The notes beneath the pieces are model-generated. The model was not told where the DNA came from, did no database searches, and was given only the letters and a program-made list of their open reading frames with translations. Shown one piece after another: positions 1 through 8,881 of a DNA stretch of 48,610 nt. Within the stretch, counting starts at the first letter, position 1; each line of letters opens with the position of its first letter. This stretch comes from Methanosarcinales archaeon (GTDB taxonomy: Archaea > Halobacteriota > Methanosarcinia > Methanosarcinales > Methanocomedenaceae). The DNA is taken from assembly GCA_014859725.1 (NCBI GenBank), contig JACUTQ010000002.1:1-48610 (forward strand). Reading direction: 5' to 3'. Both the position numbers and the translations under genes were made by a program.

Positions 1-105
1 AAGTAAGTGTACTAATGACGTAAACTTACATTTTGGATCTTCCTTAGCTTTCAAAGCTATAACCAGTATAGCTTCTAAAGTCTTAGACACCAGTTTTGTT
101 GTCAT
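1..105 (-). CDS. Group II intron reverse transcriptase/maturase, N-terminal 35 codons only (partial, runs off window)
   Basis: The ATG at 105 (minus) opens MTTKLVSKTLEAILVIALKAKEDPKCKFTSLVHLL. The ..DPK.KFTSL.HLL.. N-terminus is typical of intron-encoded RTs as I recall them. There is no stop before the window edge. Confidence 0.6.
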   Translation of the reverse strand, partial: MTTKLVSKTLEAILVIALKAKEDPKCKFTSLVHLL

Positions 106-644
106 CTACTCCCCACCTCTGAGTGTGGTAGATGTGCCCCTGATGTCAATCGTACTTCTGTCAGTCCCTTCCCTCCACAGGCATTACCCTGCTTCATCAG
201 TACTATGAACTGATCCGACTCCCAGTATGCCATTTGCGCCATCTTACCGTCCATAGGCTTGACAGTGCATACTCCTGTAGGGAGAGCATACTGGGCCTCC
301 CGAGTTCCCATATTCTCCGTTTGATAACATGCTACGGTCTTAGACCCCGTTGGACTCACATCACCTTGCCGTGTCCCAGAGCTCTCTGCTATATTCCAAG
401 ACTGGAGGTGCTGACTAATGGTGGTATGAATGCTGCCTTCCGTTACACAGATAACGTCGGCTTCCAAGATCATCAGAATTTCGGGGCTTATAACCTTCAC
501 TTCCGTTGTGGCCTATTGTCCCATCCCCCCAGCTTCACATCAGCCTGTTACCAGTCTGGGTGTGGGGTTCAGTTCTGAGGTGGTGGCTAGCCTTTCCTCA
601 GGCTGGATTTTCACCAGCTGGCGAATATGAGCTTAGCTCGGCAC
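1..644 (-). mobile_element. Group II intron, 5' portion (ribozyme domains I-III plus the start of the domain IV ORF); continues beyond the left edge of the window
   Basis: Minus strand 644->106 is about 540 nt with no convincing ORF on either strand. It is visibly richer in G+C than the adjacent intergenic DNA and dense in short hairpins (e.g. GCUGGUGAAAAUCCAGC). It begins near 644 with GUGCC (compare the GUGYG intron 5' consensus) and runs directly into an RT-like ORF that opens at 105. The 5' boundary is approximate. Confidence 0.65.
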
Positions 645-760
645 GCCTGTGTCATCCGTGCAATCCGTGTTCCATTACAACATCATCTTTTATGTGAAAA
701 CGGGCATCAAAAAGAAATAAATACACAAATCTTAATAGCTTGCGATAATTCTTACATACA

Positions 761-982
761 GTGATGTTGATGGGGTGCAAGAAATATATCGATAAAATCG
801 TAACCTGCAGTCACTGTGGAAGGGAATACACAGAGATACTATGTGAAGAGGATCTTTCCAGTATTGTAGCATTTTTCTGCGAAGACTGTGGAAAAAATTT
901 GGAAGAAGTATTAGAAAAAAGTGGGATTGCCATAAAACCATCAAACATGCGCAAACTGCGAAATACCGGGCAGTCAGACTAA
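761..982 (+). CDS. Small zinc-ribbon protein (two CxxC pairs)
   Basis: The 73-aa ORF carries CSHCG ... CEDCG. It ends 14 nt before the SWIM gene on the same strand. The start could be GTG 761 or ATG 764/770. Confidence 0.5.
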   Translation: MMLMGCKKYIDKIVTCSHCGREYTEILCEEDLSSIVAFFCEDCGKNLEEVLEKSGIAIKPSNMRKLRNTGQSD

Positions 983-995
983 ATTGTGGTGAAGT

Positions 996-2936
996 ATGAC
1001 AGAACTGACTGAAGATGCGATAAGGGAAATCTTTAGCGATAAAACATTTTTCAGGGGACTGGATTACTACGACAGCGGTCATGTCCACAGACCTGTAAAA
1101 ATGGCGAACACGCTATACGCTCAGGTGCTGGGAAGTGCGGCAGCACCATACGAGACGAGAGCTTATATCGATGATCAGAATATAAGCACCCAGTGCTCAT
1201 GTCCTGTGGGGAATATGTGCAAGCACGGGACCGCCCTTCTTCTGCAATGGGCGGATGAACCCTCATCATTCATCGATGCCGATGTTTTCCTGCATTCCCT
1301 TGAAAAAATGAGCCGAGATGAACTGATCAACATTATAAAAACTTTTATTACACTGTATCCAGATTCTGTTGCCGAATTTTCCTTTGAGGCCGGGGAAAAG
1401 CCTGAGATAAATATAGATGCAGTGACAGATAGAATCAGGTGGATAGTGAGCGGAGAACTTGATTATTATCATATTTGGGATGCCGCCAGAAAACTTGAAG
1501 AGATAAAAAAGTCTGCCGACAGACTCATGGAGAAAGGGTCTTACAAAAGCGCATCTGAAATATATCTGGCGCTGGTAAAAGGCGGGGTGGCGGCATATGA
1601 TGAAGGTGCTGATGACTCGGACGGCGGTCTGGGCGATTTTGTATCAGGGTGCGTTGAAGATTTCAAAGAATGCATGAAAATGATTACAGATCGCTCTTAT
1701 AAAGATGAGCTTCTGGAAAAAATACTTGTTATTATTGAGGATGAAGACTACGGTCTGGATACGCAGGAAATGCTTTTAGATGTCATTTCTCTGGAAAATA
1801 TACCTAGGGTGGAAGCATATCTTCTGGAAAAAGTGAAGCAACTGAGAAAAACCAGCGCCGGTTTCAGTTATACGTATAATAAGAATAAGATTATAGGATT
1901 ACTGGTCGAGCTGTATGACCTGCTCGGAAAGCCTGATGAAAAGCTGCGGCTTGCTCAATATGAACTTGAGGACAGGGAGGATTATATCAGGCTGGTAGAG
2001 GTACTGGCACAGGAAGGGAAGTTCGAGGAGGCACTTGACGCTGTCAAAAAAGGTATGGCACTGCCAGGAGAGAGAACAACACATTTGAGTGAACTTTATT
2101 TTGATATTGCTGAAGTAATGGTGAAAGATAAGCCACAACTCATAGACTTCAAGACGTCTCTTGCTGCCGCACTTGAAATGATGTCGCGTCGCTTTGACGC
2201 AAAAAAATACGAGAAAGCAAATGCGGTCTTCCGTACCACAGGTAAGCTTGATGAGTTCAGATCGGCGCTGCGCACAGGTCATGTGAACAGGGACAGTGCG
2301 GTCAGGGCATTTCTGCATGACGGTGAATTGAATGCTGCAGCTGAAATGATCCTGGCAGAACCTGTATCTTCAAGCGTCATAATTGAAGCATCCACTGCCG
2401 CCGCAGATAAAGGGATGAGGCACGAGTCCGCTATACTTACAAGACTGGCACTTAAGCGGGGATGGATCGACGGGCGCCCTCCCATTGGTGTGCTTCTTGA
2501 TGTGATGATGGATGTATCAGGTAAAGAGGAACTGTGCAATCTGACAGAGCGCATTTTGAAAATGAAAATGGCAGGGACAGCTGTCCTGCTTTTGCCGTAT
2601 CTCATGAAAAAAGAGCCGGAACTTGCTGCCGTGCTGGCAGGCAGGTTCTTGAACGATATGCCTGTGGAACTTGTAGCACAGGTCGCAATGGCGGCGGCAG
2701 AGAAGTCACCTGAGGAGGGGGCAGCTCTATGCAGAATGAGGATAAACGAGGATATTTTGCGTTCCCATGTCCATTATGATAAAGCGATAATGCTGCTTTT
2801 GGCGATCAGAGATATTTACGTATCAATAGGGAAGGAATCTGAATGGTCAGGGTTTATCAGGGGATTTGCTGCTGAGAATAAGGGGAAGAGGAAGCTGGTT
2901 GAGAGAGTGAGGAAGGAGTTCAGTGCAGTTAAATAG
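996..2936 (+). CDS. SWIM zinc-finger protein with a long alpha-helical repeat region
   Basis: The 646-aa ORF has GGTGAAG upstream of its ATG. The SWIM signature CSCPVGNMCKHGTALLLQW (CxCx5CxH) lies near the N-terminus. The remainder is Leu/Glu/Ala-rich and helical in character. Confidence 0.8.
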   Translation: MTELTEDAIREIFSDKTFFRGLDYYDSGHVHRPVKMANTLYAQVLGSAAAPYETRAYIDDQNISTQCSCPVGNMCKHGTALLLQWADEPSSFIDADVFLHSLEKMSRDELINIIKTFITLYPDSVAEFSFEAGEKPEINIDAVTDRIRWIVSGELDYYHIWDAARKLEEIKKSADRLMEKGSYKSASEIYLALVKGGVAAYDEGADDSDGGLGDFVSGCVEDFKECMKMITDRSYKDELLEKILVIIEDEDYGLDTQEMLLDVISLENIPRVEAYLLEKVKQLRKTSAGFSYTYNKNKIIGLLVELYDLLGKPDEKLRLAQYELEDREDYIRLVEVLAQEGKFEEALDAVKKGMALPGERTTHLSELYFDIAEVMVKDKPQLIDFKTSLAAALEMMSRRFDAKKYEKANAVFRTTGKLDEFRSALRTGHVNRDSAVRAFLHDGELNAAAEMILAEPVSSSVIIEASTAAADKGMRHESAILTRLALKRGWIDGRPPIGVLLDVMMDVSGKEELCNLTERILKMKMAGTAVLLLPYLMKKEPELAAVLAGRFLNDMPVELVAQVAMAAAEKSPEEGAALCRMRINEDILRSHVHYDKAIMLLLAIRDIYVSIGKESEWSGFIRGFAAENKGKRKLVERVRKEFSAVK

Positions 2937-3066
2937 GATTTGTGTAATTTGCCGGCAGATACTCTCACCGTGCACATGGCATTACACCATGATCACTGCA
3001 AAGGAGCAGTAATTAATATCGATATTGATAAGTGCTAAAATAACAATACTTATTGAGGTACCACCA

Positions 3067-3573
3067 ATGCTCTCAAAACAGGAACTCATAGAAGCACAGA
3101 ACACCAGTCCTTCATTAATCGAACATATGATCGACCCTGCCGTCCAGACCCAGCCCAACGGCATCGAGATGACACTGCAAAGTGTCCATCGATTAGAAGG
3201 GGCTGGCTCCATTGCCTTTGATAATGCTGAAAGGCAATTGCCAGATACTTATGCCTTGGAATTCGACGAAAATGGTTGGCTCAACCTTGAACCAGGCATC
3301 TACAAGATCATCTACAACGAGGTAGTGAACATTCCCGACGGTATCGCAGCCATTGCCCGGGCTCGTTCAAGCCTGCTGCGCTGTGGTGTCGCCCTGGAGA
3401 CCGCGGTCTGGGATGCAGGTTATAGCGGTCGAAGTGAGAGTCTGTTAGTAGTACATAACCCGGATGGTTTCAGGTTAAAACGAAATGCAAGGGTCGTACA
3501 GCTGATCTTTTTCAAACTCAGCAGCAGGGTTGATGAAGGTTACAGCGGAATTTATCAAAATGAAAATAAATAG
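3067..3573 (+). CDS. dut: dUTP diphosphatase of the archaeal dCTP deaminase/dUTPase family
   Basis: GAGGT lies 8 nt before ATG 3067. The translation MLSKQELIEAQ..IQPNGIEMTL..RSSLLRCG..ETAVWDAGYSGRSESLLVV..GYSGIYQNEN matches the archaeal Dut/Dcd family pattern. Confidence 0.75.
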   Translation: MLSKQELIEAQNTSPSLIEHMIDPAVQTQPNGIEMTLQSVHRLEGAGSIAFDNAERQLPDTYALEFDENGWLNLEPGIYKIIYNEVVNIPDGIAAIARARSSLLRCGVALETAVWDAGYSGRSESLLVVHNPDGFRLKRNARVVQLIFFKLSSRVDEGYSGIYQNENK

Positions 3574-4775
3574 AGGTAATCGTGTTTACAATTTCCTGGC
3601 CGGAAGTGCCGGTTTCAGAACCTTCTGTCTTGACAATATATGCATCTCCTCCGCCGCCCAACGATTTGGTCTGACCGGCAATAACATACCCTTTATCTGA
3701 ACTCTGTAGTACGGAATATCCCATCTCACTGTTTTGCCCTCCGAAAACCTGGGTCCACTGAAGATCACCATCCCTGTTAAGTTTTAAAAGATTCATATCA
3801 TATAATCCGTATGAATACTGGTTGGTTTTTCCTGCTATATATATACCCGCCATCAGATGTCTTTTTTATTGACCTGGCATCGTCCTGTGTATCATCCCCG
3901 CCATAGACTTTCTCCCAGACTTTTTCTCCATCCAGGTTCACCTTAACTACGTAAATATCAGAAAATTCATTGAAAGATTTGGTGTATCCGGCTGCTACGT
4001 ATCCATTATCCTGTTGGGTAATGGAATAGAACTGATCATCGCCGCTGCCACCAAAATCTGATTTCCACTTAACAGTCCCTTCATGATCAGTCTTAACTAT
4101 GTATGCATCATAACTCAAATCGCTGACCGACCGGGTATAACCTCCAATGATGTATCCATTATCAGGAGTTTGCTGGATGTCATATGCACCATCTTCCTCG
4201 CCCATGCCAATACCCAGATCCCATTCAATATTACCATTTGGATCAAATTTGATGAGTGAAATATCACTATCATAAAAATTCAGCCAGGTATCCCCTGCTG
4301 CCAAATACCCGCCATCTTTGGTCTGGATGATAGCTTCACATACATCCCTCTGGTTCCCACCAGACTTTTGTTCCCACTCAACTTTTCCGGCAGAATCCAA
4401 TTTTAACATATAAAAATCATTAACTCCCTCAGTCTCAGTATAGGTTCCACCGCAGACAATATATCCTCCGTCAGATGTCTGCTTGATAGAATTTGCAAAA
4501 TCCTCTTTAGATGCTATATACTTGTTTTCCCATTCCACTTCTCCTGATGCAGTAAGTTTTACCACATAAATATCCTCAGAGGTATTTACAGAATATTTTT
4601 TACCTGCAGCAATATAACCACCATCAGAAGTCCGGGCAATATCATATATTGTATCTTCTAAATTATCACCCAGGTTTAGTTCCCATTGGACAGGTGTAGC
4701 TGTGTCTGCATATACAATAAATGGTGAAAATAAAAATAAATAAATAGATAAAGTAAATATTAATTTAAAACACAT
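3518..4775 (-). pseudogene. Secreted seven-bladed beta-propeller repeat protein, interrupted by a frameshift at a (TA)5 run
   Basis: A signal peptide (MCFKLIFTLSIYLFLFSPFIVYA) is followed by seven units of about 48 aa (..TSDGGYI.AG.T...D.Y.VKLD..G...W..). Blade 6 breaks at tatatatata (3836-3845), and the repeat continues in the other frame (ORF 3518..3853). Confidence 0.7.
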
Positions 4776-4811
4776 GATTTTATCACCGCTTAATGATTTA
4801 TTTCATATATA

Positions 4812-6152
4812 TTAAAATTTTTTTGATAATATTCGTTCAATTACTTTTTCCTTCTTTTTAATAGCATCTAATGCCGCCTTATCGATCTTTTCACACATAT
4901 CTTTAAAATCAAGTGGTTCCACTTCCCCTACCAGTTTTTTAATTGGGGTATAGGCCGATTCCCTGAACCTTGGTGAAAAATCTATAATCTTGCCATCAAT
5001 CTCCAGTCTCGCGCCGCTACCTTTTCTGACCTCGCCGATAATATCAGCAGACACCCCATTTTCTTTCAATTCATCGAGGATAGCTTCAGCAGATTCAGGA
5101 GGTGTAATGATAAGCAGTGCATCCAGGGACACACCCAGATAATCGATCTCCAGTCCTTCCAACATGGATAGTACTTTAGGATGTACCAATGGCCTGATCC
5201 GTTCTTCATGGAAAATCAGTTCCACGCCGGCTGTCCTGGAAATCTCTTTTGCATCTCCACGCACACCGCCATTTGTTACATCAGTCATGGCGTGGATTTG
5301 CTCAAGTAATCCAGCCTTCATGATAACTTCGCAAGCCTCAATAAACTTGATATTTATAGTCTCATTCACAATATCATGCATGCCGAAATACAGCGCAGTA
5401 GTTGAGATCGTTCCGCCCCCGGCTCCTTCAGTCATTAATATCACATCTCCGGGTTTAGCCTTTATCCTGGAAGAAATGGTTTGAGTAATTCCCACTGCAC
5501 CCACACCACCAGTCATGCGCTCCCCAATGACCATATCTCCCCCGATACGCAGTGTACTGCCTGTGATTAAGGGCACACCTGTCAATTCAGATACTGCAGT
5601 AATCCCGGCAATGTGATCAAATATTTTACCTACATCCCCGTCATCAGCCACATGGATATCAGACAGCATAGCCAGAGGTCGCGCTCCCATAGCATATATG
5701 TCCCTAAGTGCTGCCCGAGCCACATGAAAACCTGCCAGGAACGGATAATCGCTTAACCGGCTGTGGATCCCATCCACTGTTACAACCAGATACTCTCCGG
5801 AATCAGTCTTAACTACACCAGAGTCATCAAGATGAGAAGTGTCCACCTCAGCCTTGGTCTTACCGATTACCTGGGCGATCTTTTCATGAGCATAAAAATC
5901 ACCTGCACCCCGGCTGCCCACTCCGAATTGGCCCATGGTAACGTTTGATTCTACTGGTCTTAGAATTCCTTTTTCTAATCTCAGGGTTGCCTGTGATTCC
6001 ACAAGTACGGCGTGAGCAAGTTTTCTTGCATAAAGTTGAGTAATCCTCTTACCTTTGATCTCAAGTATCCTTTCTGTAAGTCTTTCCTCAATTTGATCTG
6101 TATTCTCACCAAGTAATAGAGCCCGTTTAGCATAACCTTCAATGTCCATCAC
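4812..6152 (-). CDS. AIR synthase-related protein (PurM/HypE/SelD superfamily, archaeal COG2144-like)
   Basis: The 446-aa ORF shows the PurM-fold pattern: DDSGV..VVTVDG.., ALRDIYAMGARPLAMLSDIHV, TDVTNGGVRGDAKEIS. Confidence 0.7.
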   Translation of the reverse strand: MMDIEGYAKRALLLGENTDQIEERLTERILEIKGKRITQLYARKLAHAVLVESQATLRLEKGILRPVESNVTMGQFGVGSRGAGDFYAHEKIAQVIGKTKAEVDTSHLDDSGVVKTDSGEYLVVTVDGIHSRLSDYPFLAGFHVARAALRDIYAMGARPLAMLSDIHVADDGDVGKIFDHIAGITAVSELTGVPLITGSTLRIGGDMVIGERMTGGVGAVGITQTISSRIKAKPGDVILMTEGAGGGTISTTALYFGMHDIVNETINIKFIEACEVIMKAGLLEQIHAMTDVTNGGVRGDAKEISRTAGVELIFHEERIRPLVHPKVLSMLEGLEIDYLGVSLDALLIITPPESAEAILDELKENGVSADIIGEVRKGSGARLEIDGKIIDFSPRFRESAYTPIKKLVGEVEPLDFKDMCEKIDKAALDAIKKKEKVIERILSKKF

Positions 6153-6217
6153 CTAAATGATGAGATATTGATTATTAAAGTTTTTTAAAAAAAAATTAAA
6201 TACAGACCATTCCCGGA

Positions 6218-7201
6218 TTACCATACCAGGGCAACATGCTCCATTTCGCCACTGCCAGATAATTCATTCAGGATGGTAAATACTTCTTCAGATGTAATGT
6301 CAGCTGCTTTACGACTCATGTTGACCACCTGGTCTACTTCAACAGATCCAGTGCTGCTCAGGAGCTTTATAATACGGAGTACTGTATTTTTTTGCCGTTC
6401 ATGCTCTCTTGTCTGGTATGTACGAACTGAGCGCAGAAAATCTATTTTCCTGAACTCGGGCCAGTACGGTGCACAGAAATAGGCAGCACATTCGTTTCCA
6501 TTGGCCTGCCAGGGCAGGAAGTTAGATATCCTCTCATCACCTCCAGTCCTGATAATAAGATCCACATCAGGAACCGCCAGACTATCTGAAGGGTAAAGGT
6601 GGGCCGAAATGATGTTCTCATCAATGTTTGATAAAGCAAGTTCCCGTATTCGAATCTTATTTGCTATTATCTTTGCAGCATCCACAATCTCCTGGCGCCC
6701 TCCATAGGCCATGGCAATGTTCAAATAAAAATTGCCATAATGTTTGGTGATATCTTCTACCTGGCGAGCAGTTTTTTGAAGAGATAAAGGAAGCAAGTTT
6801 AGATTACCCAGAATCCGAACTCGCATTTTTCGTTGATGGGTGCGGTCATCATCAATAAGTTCCTCTAATTTGATTCCGATCAATTCGAACAAATTTTTCT
6901 TTTCATCCTCTGGCCTGTTCAGGTTTTCTGTAGAGAAGGCATAGAGTGTAAGTTGTTTAACACCAAATTCATAACTCCAGTCAAGCACATTTTCTGTAGT
7001 GTTTGCACCCTGGATATATCCCTGTTGGGTAGACTTACCACTTTTGCAGGCAAATCTACGATTCCCATCCATAATAATTGCGATATGTTCAGGGACTCTG
7101 AATTCTCTGATCTCTGAAGTGAGGAGACGTTCGTATCCAGAATACAGAATATTGTTAATCGTTTTTCTGATACTATACCCCATATGCAAAACCATTTGCA
7201 T
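6218..7201 (-). CDS. uppS: cis-Prenyltransferase (undecaprenyl/dolichyl-type diphosphate synthase) with a C-terminal extension of about 70 aa
   Basis: UppS motifs HIAIIMDGNRRFA, LTLYAFSTENLNRP and LIIRTGGDERISNFLPWQ are present. The protein is 327 aa against about 250 aa for canonical enzymes. Confidence 0.85.
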   Translation of the reverse strand: MQMVLHMGYSIRKTINNILYSGYERLLTSEIREFRVPEHIAIIMDGNRRFACKSGKSTQQGYIQGANTTENVLDWSYEFGVKQLTLYAFSTENLNRPEDEKKNLFELIGIKLEELIDDDRTHQRKMRVRILGNLNLLPLSLQKTARQVEDITKHYGNFYLNIAMAYGGRQEIVDAAKIIANKIRIRELALSNIDENIISAHLYPSDSLAVPDVDLIIRTGGDERISNFLPWQANGNECAAYFCAPYWPEFRKIDFLRSVRTYQTREHERQKNTVLRIIKLLSSTGSVEVDQVVNMSRKAADITSEEVFTILNELSGSGEMEHVALVW

Positions 7202-7345
7202 AAACTAATACAAATAATTATTTAAATAGTTATCAATTTATTAAATAATTCGATTGTAATTATAAATATATCAAGTATAATGGAATATTATATACTGGTA
7301 TCACCATAAAGAAAGAAAAATAATGAAAAAAAGGGCTAATTTATT

Positions 7346-8227
7346 ATGATTGTTAATTTTCTTTGGATGGCATTGATTTTTTTTATCCTTGCAGCCATAC
7401 TACCCAGCAAATTTAAATCTTATAGGATGCCAATCGGTGGTATGGGATGGATATTTTTTGCTGCGTATTGGGCTCTTCAACCGTTTTATTACCTAAAAGA
7501 AGGTGATTTTTCAATGGTAATTTTAATGCTTGTTGTGGCTTTGATCTGTTTGATCATCGCTCATCTCATGTTCATTACTTACTTAAAATCCAATAAAGGT
7601 ATGCTGCAGGACAATCAAACTAATATAACAAAAACATTGATGGCAGCTACAACTGTAACTGCTATCGGTGCGCTGTTCTATTTTCCTTTTGCGCAGATTG
7701 AATCATTGAACCATTCTTTAATTTCTACTGTTACATCACAAACCTTCTGGCTTTCCCAGCAGGCAGGATTTCCTGTAATCAGATTGGATTGGAATATGAT
7801 AATGCTTGAAGGATATCGAGTAGAGATCATTCTTGCCTGTACAGCCATCGAGAGCATTGCCCTGTTCTTTGGATTGATCCTGGGAATAAAAGCAGATCGA
7901 AAAAAAGTACTAATGGCATTAATGGCTTCAATTCCAGTAATCTACATCTTAAACCTAATCAGGAACACGTTTGTAATAGGAGCATATGGATATAAGTGGT
8001 TTGGAACCGGCCCGATGATAGTACATTTATTTGGAAATGAATATTTCCTGCACCAATCGGCCAGTTTCTATATTGGGCATCATATCATCGCAAAAGGAGG
8101 ATCAGGAGTTGCATTATTATTCATTGCTTATGCAGTATTAAAGCTGCTTCCCGAACTTCTCGACCTTATCGACAACCTCTGGCTGTTAATTAAGGAGGAT
8201 GTCAGGAATATTTTCAGGAGTGATTAG
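7346..8227 (+). CDS. artA: Archaeosortase A (exosortase/archaeosortase family)
   Basis: This is a 293-aa polytopic membrane protein. Candidate catalytic residues are Cys in ILACTAIESIALFFG, Arg in LNLIRNTFVIG and His in IGHHIIAKGG. The psd/pssA neighbours are typical for artA. Confidence 0.75.
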   Translation: MIVNFLWMALIFFILAAILPSKFKSYRMPIGGMGWIFFAAYWALQPFYYLKEGDFSMVILMLVVALICLIIAHLMFITYLKSNKGMLQDNQTNITKTLMAATTVTAIGALFYFPFAQIESLNHSLISTVTSQTFWLSQQAGFPVIRLDWNMIMLEGYRVEIILACTAIESIALFFGLILGIKADRKKVLMALMASIPVIYILNLIRNTFVIGAYGYKWFGTGPMIVHLFGNEYFLHQSASFYIGHHIIAKGGSGVALLFIAYAVLKLLPELLDLIDNLWLLIKEDVRNIFRSD

Positions 8228-8322
8228 CCATTCTTGCCCGGAATACAGATACGCTATTAGGCGGGATTTTTGTAGTTGCAATTATCCTGGCAATTGCAGC
8301 TTTCTTCCTGGATTCGGAATTA

Positions 8323-8880
8323 TTGGCAAAGGAATCTGCTCTTGTTTTTCTTTTGGATTTGCTTTTTATATGGTTCTTCAGGGACCCGGAACGACCAGTT
8401 GGGGGAATTGATGAGGGAATCGTATCTCCGGCTGATGGGAAAGTAGTGGATATCAGGGGAAATACGGCTTGTATCTTTATGAACTTCCATAATGTACATG
8501 TCAATAGGGCCCCTGTTTCTGGAAAGATTGTTAAGATGCATCACAGGGATGGCGGTTATTTACCTGCATTTTTCAAGGATTCGCTTAAAAATGAACGCAA
8601 TACAATATGTATCGAATCAGATTACGGTTTGGTAAAAATGACACAAATAGCTGGTACCGTGCCCAGAAGGATTGATACATATTTCAATGTGGGGGATAGA
8701 GTGGTCAGAGGCGAGCGGATCGGAATGATCAGGTTCGGAAGCCGTGTGGACATAACACCCCCAGAGGGATATGCATTAACAATAAAAAAAGGCGATAGGG
8801 TCAAAGCGGCCATATCTATAGTAGCCAGGAAAGTGGATGAAGCTTCGGGGGCAATTCCTGATAATAATAAAGGTGAATAA
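8323..8880 (+). CDS. psd: Phosphatidylserine (archaetidylserine) decarboxylase-like proenzyme, short form
   Basis: Motifs FFRDPERP, SPADGKV and the self-cleavage-type IRFGSRVD are present. The start is uncertain: TTG 8323 is the first canonical start, but the frame is open from 8224 with a TM-like segment (see findings). Confidence 0.75.
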   Translation: MAKESALVFLLDLLFIWFFRDPERPVGGIDEGIVSPADGKVVDIRGNTACIFMNFHNVHVNRAPVSGKIVKMHHRDGGYLPAFFKDSLKNERNTICIESDYGLVKMTQIAGTVPRRIDTYFNVGDRVVRGERIGMIRFGSRVDITPPEGYALTIKKGDRVKAAISIVARKVDEASGAIPDNNKGE

Positions 8881-8881
8881 C

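Noticed and set aside
102-697. ORFs of 60-130 aa on both strands (102..500 minus; 234..578, 430..630 and 506..697 plus).
   Set aside because: They overlap one another inside the presumed group II intron ribozyme region and have Cys/Pro/Ser/Arg-rich, non-protein-like compositions. None has a ribosome-binding site. The structured-RNA explanation is better.
3586-3771. A 61-aa minus-strand ORF within the propeller gene region.
   Set aside because: It is in a third frame of a region already explained by blade 7 of the repeat protein, and it shows no repeat signature.
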